NCBI GenBank assembly: GCA_964645545.1
Contig: CAZXZR010000003.1
Location: 1-47,743, forward strand
Length of the DNA stretch: 47,743 bases
Source of the DNA: an uncultured Gammaproteobacteria bacterium
Lineage (GTDB): Bacteria > Patescibacteriota > Patescibacteriia > Patescibacteriales > UBA12465
Direction: 5' to 3'
Positions within the stretch are counted from its first letter, which is position 1; every line of letters begins with the position of its first letter. A program made the translations under genes and the position numbers. A model generated the notes under the pieces. That model worked only from the letters and a program-made list of their open reading frames with translations, did not search any database and was not told the origin of the DNA. Below are positions 1-10,113 of the stretch, one piece after another.

Positions 1-490
1 GATATTGGAGCCAAATACTGTCTGGGCAGCCGATTTCACCTATATCAGATACCGGACTTCCTGGCTCTATCTGGCCACGGTGATGGATGGCTATACCGGC
101 GAAGTGATCGGCGCGGCGATATCAAACCGGCATAACCGATACCTGGTCAAATCGGCCGCCCTCGACGCCATCAAAAAAAGAGGCCTTTTGCCTCAATACT
201 TCCACAGCGATCAGGGCTCTGAATATCAGAGCGAAGAACACGCTGATTTCCTAGCTAGACTAGGCGTCACCGTTTCTATGAGCCGGAAAGGCAGCCCCTG
301 GGAAAACGGCCGCCAGGAATCGTTCTTCTCGCATTACAAGCTGGAACGGGGAAACGTGAACCGATTCGGAAGCGAAGGCGGACTGATTGCCAATATCTAC
401 AATCAGATATACTATTTCAATAACGTGAGGATCAAGACGAAACTCGGGATGGCTCCGACTAAGTTTTACGAACTGACCGCCAAAGGTTGA
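1..490 (+). CDS. IS3-family transposase, integrase core (5' truncated by window edge)
   Basis: rve-type motifs WAADFTYI, HSDQGSEY, SRKGSPWENGRQESFF; stop TGA at 488-490. Confidence 0.92.
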   Translation, partial: ILEPNTVWAADFTYIRYRTSWLYLATVMDGYTGEVIGAAISNRHNRYLVKSAALDAIKKRGLLPQYFHSDQGSEYQSEEHADFLARLGVTVSMSRKGSPWENGRQESFFSHYKLERGNVNRFGSEGGLIANIYNQIYYFNNVRIKTKLGMAPTKFYELTAKG

Positions 491-531
491 TTTATGTGGA
501 CAAGCGTGTCCGAAGAAATGGGGTCATGCCA
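1..531 (+). mobile_element. Right end of an IS3-family insertion sequence; putative right inverted repeat 506-531
   Basis: GTGTCCGAAGAAATGGGGTCATGCCA just after the transposase stop resembles IS3/IS150-type ends finishing in CA; left end is outside the window. Confidence 0.7.
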
Positions 532-532
532 C

Positions 533-649
533 AGAGCAGAACTGGACGGAGTGAGTCGCCTGACGGCCGATAATTTGAATCAGGAAGAGCAGATAGTACT
601 CAATAAGTCGGCTTTGCTTTCGTGTGAGCTTGACGATTTGTTGAAATAG
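533..649 (+). pseudogene. Probable 3' remnant of the gene interrupted by the IS3 element
   Basis: Open frame with no evident start begins at the IS end (RAELDGVSRLTADNLNQEEQIVLNKSALLSCELDDLLK*) and stops 22 bp before the next ATG. Confidence 0.4.
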
Positions 650-671
650 AATATCTCCAGTGAAAAATAAT

Positions 672-1418
672 ATGCCGCCAAAATATGATCTGAACAAAAT
701 AAAGTTCGCGACGTCTGCGCCGACTTTTGAAAAAGCGGTAGCTATTTATGATTCGGGCGGGGTAAAAAATTTTGCCGATAACGGCCGGTCCGGCTTTTCG
801 GCGCGCGTGCGCGGAAGTCGCGGAAATGTTTATGAGGTTTTTGTTTCGGCGCGCCGTTATGACGAGGGTGACTGTAGCTGCTACCTCGGCCAAAATGACA
901 GGCTTTGTAAACACCTGGTGGCCTTGGCGATTTATGCCGCTAAAGACGGCCGACCACTTACGGATGAAGAAAAAAAACAAGTGCCGTCAATAATTTGCGG
1001 TGGTAAGTTAGGAAATTTAAGTAAAAGCGAGCTGGTGGTAATTAGGAAAGCAATTACTGGGGCCAAGCGATGTATTAAGGCGTATGAAGGTCCGTCCCGC
1101 TTTTGGTTCGCTTACCAAACCTCGCTTTTTGAAGGTTGCAATCGCCTGGCTAAGATTGTGTCCGAATTGCCGGTAAGCGAGCAAACGACGGGATTGCTGC
1201 TTGATTTACTTTTACAGCTTGATGACAAACTTTGCCGAGGCGGAGTGGATGATTCAGATGGTACGGTCGGCGGATTTATTGAGGAAACCGTACAAATTCT
1301 TGAAGAATATACAAAACTTGATCCGAATTGTATAAAGGCCTTGGCGAAGCTTAAAGGCAAAGAAACTTGTTTCGGCTGGGAAGAGCCGTTAATAAAACTC
1401 CTTGATAAAAAGCCATGA
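672..1418 (+). CDS. SWIM zinc-finger domain protein
   Basis: CSCYLGQNDRLCKH fits CxCx(n)CxH, preceded by ARVRGSRGNVYEV; later DDSDG motif; ATG at 672, alternative GTG at 660. Confidence 0.85.
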   Translation: MPPKYDLNKIKFATSAPTFEKAVAIYDSGGVKNFADNGRSGFSARVRGSRGNVYEVFVSARRYDEGDCSCYLGQNDRLCKHLVALAIYAAKDGRPLTDEEKKQVPSIICGGKLGNLSKSELVVIRKAITGAKRCIKAYEGPSRFWFAYQTSLFEGCNRLAKIVSELPVSEQTTGLLLDLLLQLDDKLCRGGVDDSDGTVGGFIEETVQILEEYTKLDPNCIKALAKLKGKETCFGWEEPLIKLLDKKP

Positions 1419-1949
1419 ATAAAAAAAATTATATTAATATTACTGCTTGTTGTTTCGGCGGTCATTGCCTTAGGAATCGGCGTTTATTTTTGGCGTCAAC
1501 TAAATTTCAAAAAAATTAAGAAACCGAAAGAGCCGCCGTCAAACCGCTTGACCTCCAGTCCCTGGCCGGACCGCATAGAAATCACCGCTGTCAGGCAATT
1601 CGGCGCCGGCGCTTACGACGTGAGCGGGGAAATTATAGATATGACCAGTACGGGTGCGGCCGGCGCGCGGCCGCTTGAAATCGGCGTGGTCGATTTCAAC
1701 GGCCGTTGGCTGATAAGCGGCGTTTCAGTCACTCCCGCGCCGCCCGCCGGTCTTAATCTCGCCGCCGAACTGGCCGCCCGCCTGCCTTTAAGCGATATGA
1801 CCAGTAGAGATAAATGCGCCATCCTGTTGGCGCAAATTACCGATTTTCAAAGCTGCGCCGCCGCCGGTTTTGCCGTGACGAAATCAGATCCGTCGCAATG
1901 CCGGACGCCGGACGGCCGAGCTTTCGTCGGGGAAATAAGCGGAGATTGA
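1415..1949 (+). pseudogene. Membrane-anchored or secreted CPR-type protein, frameshifted in an A8 tract
   Basis: ATG 1415 overlaps the upstream stop (ATGA). Removing one A from 1421-1428 gives MNKKIILILLLVVSAVIALGIGVYFWRQ... in frame with ORF 1548-1949, which ends in a two-Cys motif ITDFQSCAAAGFAVTKSDPSQCRTPDG. Confidence 0.7.
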
Positions 1950-2081
1950 AAAAGGGAAAATGGGCGGCGATTAAGAATATGGCAATTGGGAATGGAGATT
2001 AAGAACCGGCCCGTATCTCGCGTATTACTATAAGATAAACAGAGAGCCTTGCGTTTCAAGCGCAATCACTCTAATAAAAAT

Positions 2082-2327
2082 ATGATGTATTATAGTTTCG
2101 GCCAGGGGCCGTTTTTCTTCGGTTTCGGCTGGATTTTCTCCCTCATATTTTGGTTCTTGGTGATTTGGCTGATTTTCGGACTGATTTTTGGTTCACGCCG
2201 CCGCCATCATCGGCTGTACCGCGGCTGGGGCTCCAGTAATGCCTTGGATGTTTTGAATGAACGTTATGCCAAAGGAGAGATTTCCAAGCAGGAATATGAG
2301 GAAAAGAAAAAAGACTTGCTCAGTTAA
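2082..2327 (+). CDS. SHOCT domain membrane protein
   Basis: One aromatic/Gly-rich TM helix then ALDVLNERYAKGEISKQEYEEKKKDL; ATG 2082 preferred to TTG 2049. Confidence 0.9.
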   Translation: MMYYSFGQGPFFFGFGWIFSLIFWFLVIWLIFGLIFGSRRRHHRLYRGWGSSNALDVLNERYAKGEISKQEYEEKKKDLLS

Positions 2328-2439
2328 AATTTTCCGACCGGATAATCCGGACAGTCTGGACAATTCGGCCAATTTTAGCCATTAAAAAATCGCCTTTTTT
2401 GGCAATTTTTGTTATAATTAAACTATAATTAATAAAAAT

Positions 2440-4319
2440 ATGCGTTTCGGTGAAAGTTTCCCCACCGGCGCCGATCCGCGAAGCCGCTTGAACGCCCTGA
2501 AAATAAAAGAAGGGCGAGCGGACGTACCAGAATACGTTAAATTTTCTTTGGCGATAAGGGAAAAATTCCAGGAGCGAATTGACCGGGAGAGCTGGCCGGA
2601 GTTGCCAGTGCCCGAAAATCTCGAGGGCGCTGAAGGCATCTTTGCGGCCGCCAAAACCGAAGTCGATAAGACTTGGAGGGAAGCGATTGCGCGAATCATT
2701 ACGGAAAAAGCGGGGCAATGGGAGAAAAATTTGGCGCCTGATATCCCGGAAACGAAAGCGGCTCGGGAACTTTTGCGTAATCCCGAAGAATTAGAGCGCG
2801 ATTTCAGTCTGCGCCAGTTTGGCGTTTTGGAAGTTTTACGGGAAAGTGTCCCCGCGGCTTGGCGGACTTTGATTATGACTTCTTCAGAAAGGCAATTAGC
2901 CGGTCTCGCCCTCATGGAACATTGGCTTAAGCATGCCGCGCCGAAAGATTTGGCGTCCGTTTGTGAAAAGATCGGGCTTAAAGCCGAGGAATTGAATTTG
3001 TTCGTGGACACGGCGGCGATTTTGGGCAAATACGTCGATCACGCCTAGGTGAAGCAAATAGAATTGGCTGATTTGCCCGGCGGTTCCGAAGAAACGAAAT
3101 TAAACGAAGAGCCGGGCGCAGAGTATCTGTATGATTTGTATAAAAATCCAAGAAACGAGGATATCGACGTCAAAACTTACGCGCAAATCTTCCCTTACGA
3201 ATGGCCGAAGATAGAAGCGCGCCCGCGGGCTTTGTCATCAAGGACGAAAAAGGAAGCCGAAGAAGCGCGCCTGCCGGCCGCTTATGAAGATTACGCTCGG
3301 CTTTTGGAAAAAGTCGCTGATCTCTACGGTTCGCCGAACGTTGACCCAAAGGTTCTGGATAAAAGCTGGGATGAATTGTATGCCCTCGCCAAAAAGGTTA
3401 CGGACGGCGCCTGTCCATTAATACTTATCCCCCAAGGAGCGGTCGCGGTCGCCGGCGCGGCCGAAAAAGTGGACGTAGAAATTCGTTTGGAGCTGAAAAC
3501 CGTAAAAAACCAAAGGCAAGAAGAAGAGCTTAATAAATATACCCATCTCGGCCAGGAAATCTTGGCCGGTCAGGCTTCGACCCTAGCCAAGCCTTATACC
3601 ATTCCTCGCGTCAATCTTACTTACCAGCCTTGGGCCTTCGGCCCCAATCTTTATTGGCAGACGCGGGGCGAGTCTAACGCCAGCCAGATTTTACTCCATA
3701 CCAACGCTGTTTCCGAAGCCGCTTTGGCCAAGGAATGGCCCTTATTAAAGAAGGCCTTTAAAGGCGAAAAAATCGAAGAAACGGCCTATCAAGAAGCCGC
3801 TCTTGCTGAAACCGTTTTGCATGAAGTTGGCCATAACGTTATTCCTTATAACGATAAAGCGGTTAGAAAAAGATTGGGTCCGGGCTTTGCCGTGGAAATC
3901 CTGGAAGAGCTGAAAGCGGAAACGATCGGCATGAAAATCCTCGGTGCCGCCATAAAAAAAGGATTTTCTCCGGCCGGTCTGGAGGCCAGGAGCCAGCTTC
4001 TGGCTAAACTCGGCGCTAATCTGGATTATTTGAAGAACAAGAGCAGTAAGAAAGCCTCCAGCGGCGAACCATATTATCCTTGTGCCGCCGCCATTATTGG
4101 CCGGCTTTTGGAAAGGGGTTTATTGGTTAAGGGGGAAAACGGCTACGAACTCGGCGCTACCGGTGCCTGCGCCTTGACGAAATCGCCGCCTTGAACGAAG
4201 AAATCTTGCCTTTTTACGTTTCTGACCGGCATAAACCGGCGGATGTGAAAGAATATGTTGAAAATTTGAGGACTAAAAGCCGGGCGAAAGGATTAGCTGA
4301 CTTCGCCGCTTCCTTATAG
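2440..4319 (+). pseudogene. HEXXH zinc metallopeptidase-like gene (M49/DPP III-like motifs) with an in-frame TAG and a distal frameshift
   Basis: ORFs 2440-3048 and 3049-4194 are in one frame separated only by TAG; motifs LHEVGH and EELKAE; near 4170 a second frame continues LDEIAALNEEILPFY...ADFAASL* to 4319, followed by a terminator. Confidence 0.65.
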
Positions 4320-4369
4320 GCCGGGCTTAAGCCGCTTTGACGATTAAAAGATATCGGCCGATAAAAAAA

Positions 4370-4400
4370 GATCCGAAATTCAATCTCGGATCGTTTTTTT
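4370..4400 (+). terminator. Intrinsic terminator
   Basis: GATCCGA/TCGGATC stem, T7 run after and A run before. Confidence 0.65.
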
Positions 4401-4494
4401 GTTTTGGATCGTTTTTATTTAACTATTTTTAGCATAATCGTAAATTTAAAAAAGGGCGACAATATTTATATAATAATGTCAATACTAAAAAATG

Positions 4495-5356
4495 GGGTAT
4501 ACTATACCTGTTGGAACAAGATATAATTAAAATATAATAATTAATCTTGTTCTATGATCGCACTTTTAAACCAAATTCCCTCGGAAGCCAAAATCAAAAA
4601 GCATTTAAGGAAAATTATTTTCGGGAAAAATGTATTTTGCCCTCATTGCCGTTCCAGAAAAGTTTATGTTTCAGAAAACCGGTATCGCTGCCATAACTGC
4701 CGCAAGCCATTCAGTTTGCTTTCCGGCACTTGGCTTTCTGATCTTAAATTATCTTTACGCACTTTTTGGGCTTTACTCTGGTGTTGGACACAAAAAATTC
4801 CGGTTCTGCAAACCATGAAATTATGCCATGTTACCGAAAAAACAACGAGATTCTGGTTCCGGCAATTTAGGCTGCATTTACCTGAATTTGAACCTATTTT
4901 GAGCGGTCAAGTTCAAATGGATGAAGCCTATTTTAAAAGCTTATCACTGCTGATGGCAAAACAAATCGGATCAAGAAAACTGGCGCATCAAATGATATTT
5001 AAAAATTCCGTAGATAAGACTGAAGCGGCTAATTTTTTGTTTCAATTTGTAGAGCCGAAGAGTAATTTGCATACCGACGGATCAAGCATATACCGAGGCA
5101 TTGATAATTGGTGGCAAGTCCGCCACAGGAAGGATATTCATCAAAAATGGGAATTTGAGTTAACGTCGGAAATCGAAGGAATGTTTGGTAACTTACGTAC
5201 TTTTATTAGAAGAATGTATCATCATACTACCCCGGAATACCTGCCAGAATATGTGAGTGAATTTTGTTTCAGATTTTCCTCACCAGAAATCTTTGATTCT
5301 CCGCTAAGTTATCTTAAAAAATCAATTTAGATTGTTCCAACTTGTATTGATTACCC
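4495..5356 (+). mobile_element. Complete IS1595-family insertion sequence (862 bp)
   Basis: 25-bp terminal inverted repeats at 4495-4519 and 5332-5356 (20/25 match); perfect 8-bp duplication AAAAAATG at 4487-4494 and 5357-5364; lower GC than flanking genes. Confidence 0.93.
4554..5330 (+). CDS. IS1595-family transposase
   Basis: Zn ribbon CPHC...CHNC; VQMDEAY, LHTDG, IEG; YVSEFCFR. Confidence 0.93.
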   Translation: MIALLNQIPSEAKIKKHLRKIIFGKNVFCPHCRSRKVYVSENRYRCHNCRKPFSLLSGTWLSDLKLSLRTFWALLWCWTQKIPVLQTMKLCHVTEKTTRFWFRQFRLHLPEFEPILSGQVQMDEAYFKSLSLLMAKQIGSRKLAHQMIFKNSVDKTEAANFLFQFVEPKSNLHTDGSSIYRGIDNWWQVRHRKDIHQKWEFELTSEIEGMFGNLRTFIRRMYHHTTPEYLPEYVSEFCFRFSSPEIFDSPLSYLKKSI

Positions 5357-5427
5357 AAAAAATGACCCTTTAAAGCCTTTTTATTTAAAAAAATTTAGCT
5401 TATTTAAGCCCGATTTTTAAGATTTTT

Positions 5428-7792
5428 TTAAACCAGCTTGCGCACCCTCATCTTCTTGTAGAAAATCTGCTTGACCAGTTCCACAGTGAAGAGATAAATA
5501 AGGACCGTCAAGAAGATAACCAGAAGCGCCCGGCCGGGCACGACCTGAAAACCGAAAAAGCCGCCGACCCGGCCCTGGGTCAAAAGGAAACCGACTAAAA
5601 CCGCGCCCAAGGTCGTGAAAACCAGATAGCGGCTCGGCCGCGACTGGAGGAAAGGGATTTTTTGCGTGCGGATGCTTCGGTTTCCGCAAATAGTCTTCAT
5701 CCACGTTGTCGGCCGGGATGGAAAGCTGGGAGCCGTCGTAGAGGAAGTTGTTGAGCAGAATCTGGCCGGCAGTCATGGGGAAGAAGGGCAGGAAAAGGCT
5801 GGCGCCGATCAAGGAAAACATATTGCCGAAATTGGAGCTTAGGCCCATAAGCAGGTATTTCATGGTGTTGCCGAAGCTTTTGCGGCCTTCAAGGACCCCG
5901 GCCATCAGTTCTTTTAAGCCTTTTTCCAGGAGAATGATGTCGGCCGTGTCTTTGGCCACGTCCACGGCGTTGTCCACGGAAATGCCGACGTCGGCGCTTT
6001 TCAAAGACGGGGCGTCGTTGATGCCGTCGCCCAAGTAGCCGACGGTCAGGCCGTGGCGCTTCAATTCGGCGATGATTTTTTCCTTTTGGCTCGGTGAGAG
6101 GCGGGCGCAAATCGTCGCCGTTTTCGTTTTCAAATAGATTTCCTCGTCGCTCAAAAGGTTCAAATCCAGGTCGTCGCCGGTGACGATGCCCTCGATTTCC
6201 AGGTCCAGGTCGCGGCAGATTTTTTCCGTGACCAAGGGGCAATCGCCGGTCAGGATCTTTATGTCCACCCCGTGCGCTTTCATGAAAACCAAGGTTTCCT
6301 TGACGCCGGCCTTGGGCGGATCGTAGAAAGCCATAAAACCCAACAGGGCCAAGTCGCGTTCCTCGCCGACTTCGTAACGCTTCTTTTCCCGCCCGATGTT
6401 TTTGGCGGCGATGGCCAGCAGCCTTAAGCCCTGCCGGCTTAAATCATCATAGACGGCCCGGGCTTTTTTTAAGACCGCCTTTGTCAGGACTTCGTTTTTC
6501 CCGTTTTCTTGGTAAAACGAGCTGATCTTGAAGATTTCTTCCGGCGCCCCCTTGGTGACCATAGTCAGGCGGCCGGCCGTCTTATAGATAATGGAGGAGC
6601 GCTTGCGGCTGAAGCTGTAAGGCAGCTCCTCCACTTTTTCATAAGCGCGCAAATCCATTGGCCGATAATCCAGGATCGCCTGATCCAGGATGCTCTTGAT
6701 GCCGGTTTCAAAATAGCCGTTAAGGTAGGCTTGGCTGAAGACGGAAAGGGAATCGCGGCCGAAAAGGTCCACGTGTTTTATCAGCGTGATGCGGTTTTCG
6801 GTCAAGGTGCCGGTCTTGTCCGTGCATAAGACGTCCATGGAACCGAAAGTGGGGATGGCGTTGAGCTTTTTTACAAGGACGCCGCCCCGGCTCATTTTCA
6901 AGGCGCCCTTGGCCAGGTTGACGCTGATTATCATCGGCAAAAGTTCGGGCGTGATGCCCACGGCCACGGCCAGGGCGAAGAGGAAGGAATTAAGGATGCC
7001 CTTATGGTTCAAGGCGTTGAGGAAAAAGATGACGGCGACGATGAAGGCGATGACGCGGACGATGAGGAGGCCGAAGCCGCGGATGCCTTTTTCAAAGGCG
7101 TTCGCTTCCGCCGGCCGCCGGAGTTTTTCGGCCAGGCGGCCCAACTCGGTTTGCGCGCCGATGGCGGTGACCAGGAATTGGCTGAAGCCGGAGACGACGT
7201 TGGTGCCGGAAAAGACGACGTCGTTTTCCGGCCCGTATTTTTCCACGGGCAGACTTTCGCCGGTGAGCGCGGATTCGTTGACGAAGAAATCATTGGCGCT
7301 GATGATTTTGCCGTCGGCCGGCACGATGTCGCCGGCCGCCAGGAAAACTAGGTCGCCGGGCACGAGGTATTTGACGTTCAGGGAAATTTTTCGGCCGTCA
7401 CGCCGGACATCGGCGGCAATGGCCAGCCGACGGGTCAGTTTGTCGCTGACGCCGGTAGCCTTGCGCTCCTGGTAAAAATTCAGGCCGATGCTCAAGAATA
7501 TTATGAGGAGAATGATGGTCAGGCTGTGCATCTGGCCGGTCAGACCGGAAATCAGGGCGGCGAAAATCAGGACGATGAGGAGCGGATTTTTGAAATAATT
7601 TAGGAATTGGAGGATGGGCGGGACTTTCTTGGCTTTGGCGATCTGGTTGTAGCCGAAAAGGCGGGAGCGCTTGATGGCTTCCTTGGTCGTGAGGCCCCCG
7701 GGAGAAGAAGCGGTCAAGCGGAAAAATTCTTCCAGGCCGGTCTTTTTCAGGGCGGACGCGCTTAGGGCCGGATTTTTTAAAGCAGTTTTCAT
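5428..7792 (-). pseudogene. mgtA: Magnesium-translocating P-type ATPase with an internal deletion and frameshift near the C-terminus
   Basis: TGES, AVGITPELLP, DKTGTLT, GDGINDAP, SSNFGNMFS motifs. After DEDYLRKPKH (~5673) the sequence jumps to IRTQKIPFLQSRPS in another frame that ends at 5428. Confidence 0.85.
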
Positions 7793-7799
7793 GCTTACA

Positions 7800-8645
7800 T
7801 TATAGCATCGCTTCGGGTTTTCCCGTCAATAATCGGCGGAATTTTTCCGTTTCCGCGGCCGCTTTTTCCAAAGGCAGAAGGAGCTCTTTCAAGAGGCGGC
7901 CGGACGGCTTCAGGCCCGCTTCGGCGGCCTTTTGCCGGGCTTTGGCCGTCAAACTTTTGATTTGTTCCGCGAGGCTGGAAGCGCTAAGGGCGAAAAGCAA
8001 GCGCGGAATTTCCGGTCGGGCGGCCGGATCCAGGGGGAGGCGGCGTCTTTTCGCCGCCCTTAAGAGGGGGAGGTTGGCGGCCGTTATCAAGCCCCGCCGC
8101 AAATCTTCTTCCCAGTCGCGGGCGTCGTCGGCCAATTGTTTAGCCGCCAAGCCGTAGCGCCAGAAGTCCAGGGCGGCCCGGCTTTCCCGGCTCCGAACCG
8201 GCCGACCGAGGTAGCTTAAGGCCGCCAGTGGGGCGAGCGCCAGGGCCAAGGATTTTCGGGACAATTCCGTCGGGCGGGGAAAGCCGGGCCAGCGGCCCGG
8301 CCAAAGCAGGCGCCCTTTTTGTATCTTCAAGCGCGGCCTTAAAACTTCGGCGCGATCGGCGGCTTCCAAATCGGCCATAAGGCGATCACCAAGGCGGTAA
8401 TAGTCAGTTGGCAAATTTAGGCGGTAAAGGCCGGTTAAAAAACGGCGGCGATAAGAATTGGCCAAGGGCAATTTTTGCCTTTGGCCCTGGCCGTCTAAAA
8501 AATCATCGTAGATATTTAATGATTGCCAGAGATAAAATTGGGTTTGGTTGAGGCGTTTAATTAAAGTTGGGGCAATTTTTCTCTTTCTCGGATCATTTAA
8601 AGCCTCTTTAAACCATTGCGGCCAGAAATAGACAGAGGTTTTCAT
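7800..8645 (-). CDS. Class I isoprenoid synthase/prenyltransferase-fold protein (ComQ-like candidate)
   Basis: Two Asp-rich motifs, IYDDFLDG and KQLADDARDWEED, in a 281-aa helical protein; SRKS precedes the second motif. Confidence 0.7.
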   Translation of the reverse strand: MKTSVYFWPQWFKEALNDPRKRKIAPTLIKRLNQTQFYLWQSLNIYDDFLDGQGQRQKLPLANSYRRRFLTGLYRLNLPTDYYRLGDRLMADLEAADRAEVLRPRLKIQKGRLLWPGRWPGFPRPTELSRKSLALALAPLAALSYLGRPVRSRESRAALDFWRYGLAAKQLADDARDWEEDLRRGLITAANLPLLRAAKRRRLPLDPAARPEIPRLLFALSASSLAEQIKSLTAKARQKAAEAGLKPSGRLLKELLLPLEKAAAETEKFRRLLTGKPEAML

Positions 8646-8660
8646 TGCTTTTGTTAGGGT

Positions 8661-10037
8661 TTAAGCCGTTTTTAAGGGCAAAGACAAATTAAATTCACTG
8701 CCGCGTCCCAGTTCGCTATTGAGCGTTATTTTTCCTTGAAAATCTTTTTCCACGATGTGCTTGGCGGAAGCCAGGCCCAGGCCCAAGCCGCGACCCCCTT
8801 CTTTTTTCGTGCTGAAAAAGGGTTCAAAGACACGGCTTTGATCGGCGGCGGCAATACCACAGCCCCGATCAACTACTTTCAGCAAGAGTTTACTGCCATT
8901 AATCGCCATTTTGACGCTGACGATTTTTTCCTTTTTATTATTTTCGCAAGCCTCGATGGCGTTGGCGAGCAGGTTGGTGATGACTTGTCCGAATTTAATC
9001 GGATCCCCGTAAAGGCGGGCGTCAGGGCCTTTAAGTTCCAGGCGCACGCCGGCGCGCCGGGCCTTGTAGACGAGAATTTGCAAGGTCTGGGAAATTTCCT
9101 CGCGCACGGAAAAATTTTTCTTTTCGTTTTCGCGGGCGATCTGCTTCTTAATGCTCGCGATTAAGTTCTCCATCTTCCTGGTCGCTAAAAGCGCTTGGCT
9201 TAAGTATGATTTGGCGTTGCTAATCTGGTTTTGCCCCTCACTTTTTATCTGCTCCAAATTTAGGGAAACGGCGGTCAAGGGATTAACGAGATCGTGAAAA
9301 ATACCGGAGGACAAACGCCCGAATTCCGCCAAGCGGTAAAGTTGGTTGATTTTTTCCGCTTGCATTTGTCTGATTTGTTGCGTTCGCTCTTCCACTTTAA
9401 TTTCCAATAAGTCCCTTTCTGTTTTCAAGGCTTCTTCGCTTTGTCGGGCGCGTTTTAAAGCCCGGCCGATTTCGCGGCTGAAAAGCCAGGCGACGGCGGC
9501 AATAACCATAAACAGGACGGCGTAAGCAATGGCGTCGGCCAATTCGTGTTGACCGGCGCGCCAGGAAATATCCACGGCGATTAAATTATGCGCCTGCAGG
9601 TAAGTGAGCAAGAGAGAAAAGACAATAAAAACGGCGGTGCTGATTAAAGCCAAATTGGCGCCCAAAAGAATGCCCGACAAAGTGATCATCAAAACGGCTA
9701 AAAGCAGGCCGGCCGGCAAGTCCGCGCCCCAGACGATAAAAGAATAGAACATGGGCAAAGAATAAGTGATGATTAAAAGACTGGCGGCCGTTTTCACCGC
9801 GCCTTTTCTGTTTAACCAAAAAAGGAAGACAAAAAAGGCCATAATCAGGAGGGTATAAACGAAGGGCAAGCCGTGATGCGGGTCTTTAATGACGTCAATT
9901 AAGCGGATAACGTTAATGACGAAAAAGCAGGCGAGGGAAAATAAGAGGAGAATGTTTAAGATCAGTTCGCGCCGCCTTTTGTCTTCATTTTCGGCCCGCG
10001 GGTGAATGAGTTTTCCCAAAAATATTTTTATTGACAT
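8661..10037 (-). CDS. Membrane sensor histidine kinase with about 6 TM segments
   Basis: H box FHDLVNPL, N box NLLANAIEA, DRGCGI, FEPFFSTK, GLGLGL; polytopic N-terminus without a large extracellular domain. Confidence 0.95.
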   Translation of the reverse strand: MSIKIFLGKLIHPRAENEDKRRRELILNILLLFSLACFFVINVIRLIDVIKDPHHGLPFVYTLLIMAFFVFLFWLNRKGAVKTAASLLIITYSLPMFYSFIVWGADLPAGLLLAVLMITLSGILLGANLALISTAVFIVFSLLLTYLQAHNLIAVDISWRAGQHELADAIAYAVLFMVIAAVAWLFSREIGRALKRARQSEEALKTERDLLEIKVEERTQQIRQMQAEKINQLYRLAEFGRLSSGIFHDLVNPLTAVSLNLEQIKSEGQNQISNAKSYLSQALLATRKMENLIASIKKQIARENEKKNFSVREEISQTLQILVYKARRAGVRLELKGPDARLYGDPIKFGQVITNLLANAIEACENNKKEKIVSVKMAINGSKLLLKVVDRGCGIAAADQSRVFEPFFSTKKEGGRGLGLGLASAKHIVEKDFQGKITLNSELGRGSEFNLSLPLKTA

Positions 10038-10071
10038 AGTTTAGTTTTTAACCGGCGTTGGGGCGGAAATT

Positions 10072-10104
10072 AAAAACACTTCCGGCTCCGAAGAAGCGGA
10101 AGTG
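10072..10104 (-). terminator. Intrinsic terminator or attenuator between the peptide gene and the kinase
   Basis: Minus strand CACTTCCG...CGGAAGTG followed by TTTTT, about 10 bp after the peptide stop. Confidence 0.65.
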
Positions 10105-10113
10105 CCCGTAATC

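Noticed and set aside
3046-3048. Stop-codon reassignment suggested by the in-frame TAG
   Set aside because: TAG ends atpE, atpG and atpD, and TGA ends tatD and miaA, at the expected positions, which fits code 11.
5417-5673. C-terminus of the 791-aa ORF (HPHAKNPFPPVAAE...)
   Set aside because: Out-of-frame read after the deletion; the MgtA-like tail is in the 5428-5700 frame.
5748-7475. Long plus-strand ORFs opposite mgtA, and similar shadow ORFs opposite dnaK, atp, groEL and gatB
   Set aside because: Antisense or alternate-frame artefacts of GC-rich codon usage over well-supported genes.
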